NCBI GenBank assembly: GCA_963713825.1
Contig: CAVQNG010000014.1
Coordinates: 192,001-256,000, forward strand
Length of the DNA: 64,000 nt
Direction: 5' to 3'
Source: an uncultured Acidobacteriota bacterium
GTDB taxonomy: Bacteria; Acidobacteriota; Thermoanaerobaculia; Multivoradales; JAHEKO01
Both the position numbers and the translations under genes were made by a program. The notes below the pieces were generated by a model that ran no database searches, had not been told where the DNA came from, and was given only the letters and a program-made list of their open reading frames with translations. Of this stretch, positions 62,117 to 64,000 are shown in pieces; within the stretch, counting starts at the first letter, position 1, and each line of letters opens with the position of its first letter.

Positions 62117-63352
62117 ATGTTTCGATCTACAACGTCTGTCATCACGGTCGCTTTGGTGTCGATGGTCTGGGTGTTTTCGTGTGCTCCTCAGGAGCCTGTA
62201 GCCCCGGCCGCGGAGGAAGTTGTCGAACAGGAAGCGCTACCCAATGGAATTCTCGTGTCGCTAGCCGTTCTGGACAAGGACGCGGATGGCAAGCCCGTCC
62301 CACAGCCAGCGCGGATGGGAATCTTGACTGCCGGTGATAGCGGCTGGACCTATCGCTATCTGGAGGACCGGGACAGCAACGTCTTCCATAAGACGATGGC
62401 GTACCCGCTGGTTGGCGGTGAGCAGGGGGTTCTCACCTTTGGTGGTACCCAGGCGGCCGTCAAGATCTTGCGGAGTGGAGCAGAGCCGGAAGTGATCTGG
62501 GAGGCAGACTTTGGCGGCAAGTTCAGTCGTATGAGAGATGGTGAAGTGGCGGACATCTACGGCGACGGACTGTCGTCGATCGCGGTAGCCACGCACGATC
62601 AGGGTGTCGTGGCAGTGCTGCGCCCTGATGGGGAGGGTGGCTTCGCTGTCGAGGAGCTGGATCGCGAGGAGGACACGTTCGTGCACGAAATCGAGATCGG
62701 CGATCTGGCGGGCGACGGAGTGCTCGAGATCTACGCGACTCCCAGCGAGCCCAACAAGATGGACGGTTCTCCCCAGCCCGGCAAGGTGGTGCGCTACATT
62801 CCTTCGACCGAGGAGGGCAGGACCGTCGTGGCGGATCTCGGTGATCGGCATGCCAAGGAGATTCTGGTAGCCGACGTCGACGGTGATGGAACCGATGAGC
62901 TGTATGTTTCTGTCGAAGCGGTCTCTGGGGGTGAGGTCGAGATCCGTCGCTACGATGCCGAGACCGATCCGGCCGAAGGCATGGTGATCGCGACCTTGGA
63001 CGACTCTCTCTGTCGGTTCCTGACTGCCGGAGATGTCGATGGTGATGGACGCAAGGAGATGGTGGCGGCGGCATTCAAGAGTGGTCTCTGGCTGCTCAGG
63101 CCCAGTGAGGCCGGTTGGTCAGTCGAGTCCATCGACAAGGACTCCTCAGGGTTCGAGCATGCCGCCATCTTGACCGACCTGGATGAGGATGGGGTCGATG
63201 AGCTGTACGTCGCGAGCGATCGGGACAACGAGATTCGCCGCTACGTCTGGCGTGATGGTCAGCCTGAGCGTCAGGTCATTCACCGCCATACCGACGGTCT
63301 GAGCCGCTTTACCTGGAACCTCATGCCGGTGCCGGTCGAATCGCTGCCCTAG
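62117..63352 (+). CDS. FG-GAP/VCBS-repeat beta-propeller lipoprotein
   Basis: Lipobox VFSC; repeats ADIYGDG, GDLAGDG, ADVDGDGTDE, GDVDGDGRKE, TDLDEDGVDE. Confidence 0.85.
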   Translation: MFRSTTSVITVALVSMVWVFSCAPQEPVAPAAEEVVEQEALPNGILVSLAVLDKDADGKPVPQPARMGILTAGDSGWTYRYLEDRDSNVFHKTMAYPLVGGEQGVLTFGGTQAAVKILRSGAEPEVIWEADFGGKFSRMRDGEVADIYGDGLSSIAVATHDQGVVAVLRPDGEGGFAVEELDREEDTFVHEIEIGDLAGDGVLEIYATPSEPNKMDGSPQPGKVVRYIPSTEEGRTVVADLGDRHAKEILVADVDGDGTDELYVSVEAVSGGEVEIRRYDAETDPAEGMVIATLDDSLCRFLTAGDVDGDGRKEMVAAAFKSGLWLLRPSEAGWSVESIDKDSSGFEHAAILTDLDEDGVDELYVASDRDNEIRRYVWRDGQPERQVIHRHTDGLSRFTWNLMPVPVESLP

Positions 63353-63422
63353 GTTCACGCCATCGGCCCTGCCAGCACGCTCTCGAGGGCTGGGCCCGGG
63401 GATGGGGCGCACAGCTGGCGCT

Positions 63423-63998
63423 TCAGGAGCTCAGGTCGAGGATCCAGGCGTCGCGGACGGAGTCTTCTACGACCGCTCGGGCGAGGTTGTACCATCGACT
63501 GCACTTGTCCAGGATTGCGCTGTCGGCCGTGGCTACGATGGTGGTCGACTCCATCAGGAGTTGGTCGGTTCGAGAGGTGAGCTCGACGCTCCACGAGGAT
63601 TCGTTTTCCACAACCGTTTCTTCGATCAGTCTCTTGAGACGAGCACTGTTGGACACCGGGCGGTCCAGGCACCACAGCACTCTGCTGCAGCCGACTCCGT
63701 CGAGATGCCGCGCGATCAGCTCGACGGCCTGGCGCGTGACGGCGACTCTTCGGTAGTGGCGACTCATGGCGGCGAGGTCTCGGAGGGCACCGTCACGACC
63801 CAATAGGAGGAGTCCGTCCGACAGAGCGGCTTCGATTGTGAGCAGCACGTTGTAGCCATCGACGCTGAGGCTTTGACCTCTCAGGTATTCGGGCGCTACC
63901 CGCCGCTGCTCGCGGTTGGTGCAATTTCGATCACTGGCGGCGCACCGACGAAGGGCTTTCCTCTGGCGATCGCGGAGAAGGTGGCGATCTCCGACCAG
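63423..63998 (-). CDS. DUF434/DUF5616-like protein (5' end outside the window)
   Basis: Frame stays open to the window edge: LVGDRHLL..RQR.AL.RC, VDGYNVL, GRDGALRDLA, LDRPVSNS, ATADSAILD. Confidence 0.8.
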   Translation of the reverse strand: MVGDRHLLRDRQRKALRRCAASDRNCTNREQRRVAPEYLRGQSLSVDGYNVLLTIEAALSDGLLLLGRDGALRDLAAMSRHYRRVAVTRQAVELIARHLDGVGCSRVLWCLDRPVSNSARLKRLIEETVVENESSWSVELTSRTDQLLMESTTIVATADSAILDKCSRWYNLARAVVEDSVRDAWILDLSS

Positions 63999-64000
63999 CG

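Overview
Gene-dense, GC-rich bacterial chromosome segment with about 50 genes. I found no rRNA, tRNA, CRISPR array, transposase or phage genes. The content fits an anaerobic or facultative diderm; an Acidobacteriota-like origin is only a guess. All product calls come from motifs read by eye, not from database searches. Main points: (1) A ~12 kb redox operon (7171-19318), divergent from citrate synthase. It encodes a MarR regulator with a 4-Cys tail, a four-subunit 2-oxoacid:ferredoxin oxidoreductase, a GltD/NfnB-ferredoxin-MvhD fusion, an HdrD-like CCG protein, an HdrA-MvhD fusion, a Zn-ribbon protein, a hemerythrin-like protein and a split Fe-S fumarase. The two 'HdrA halves' in the ORF track are one frame broken by a TGA at a conserved Cys position and followed by a SECIS-like hairpin, so this is very likely a selenoprotein. 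(2) Elp3 lies head-to-head, 1 nt apart, with a Trm9/ALKBH8-like methyltransferase, suggesting a eukaryote/archaea-type mcm5U34 tRNA pathway in a bacterium. (3) A sigma-54 promoter, an IHF site and two enhancer palindromes link an NtrC-family regulator/kinase/lipoprotein trio to a bactofilin-OmpA pair. (4) Two unrelated acyl-thioester reductase types (FAR-like and AAR-like) are clustered. (5) gdhA is coupled to a receiver-PPDK_N protein. The rest includes a MacAB-type exporter, a Ser/Thr kinase-FHA pair, an RpoD paralog and a chimeric deletion scar.
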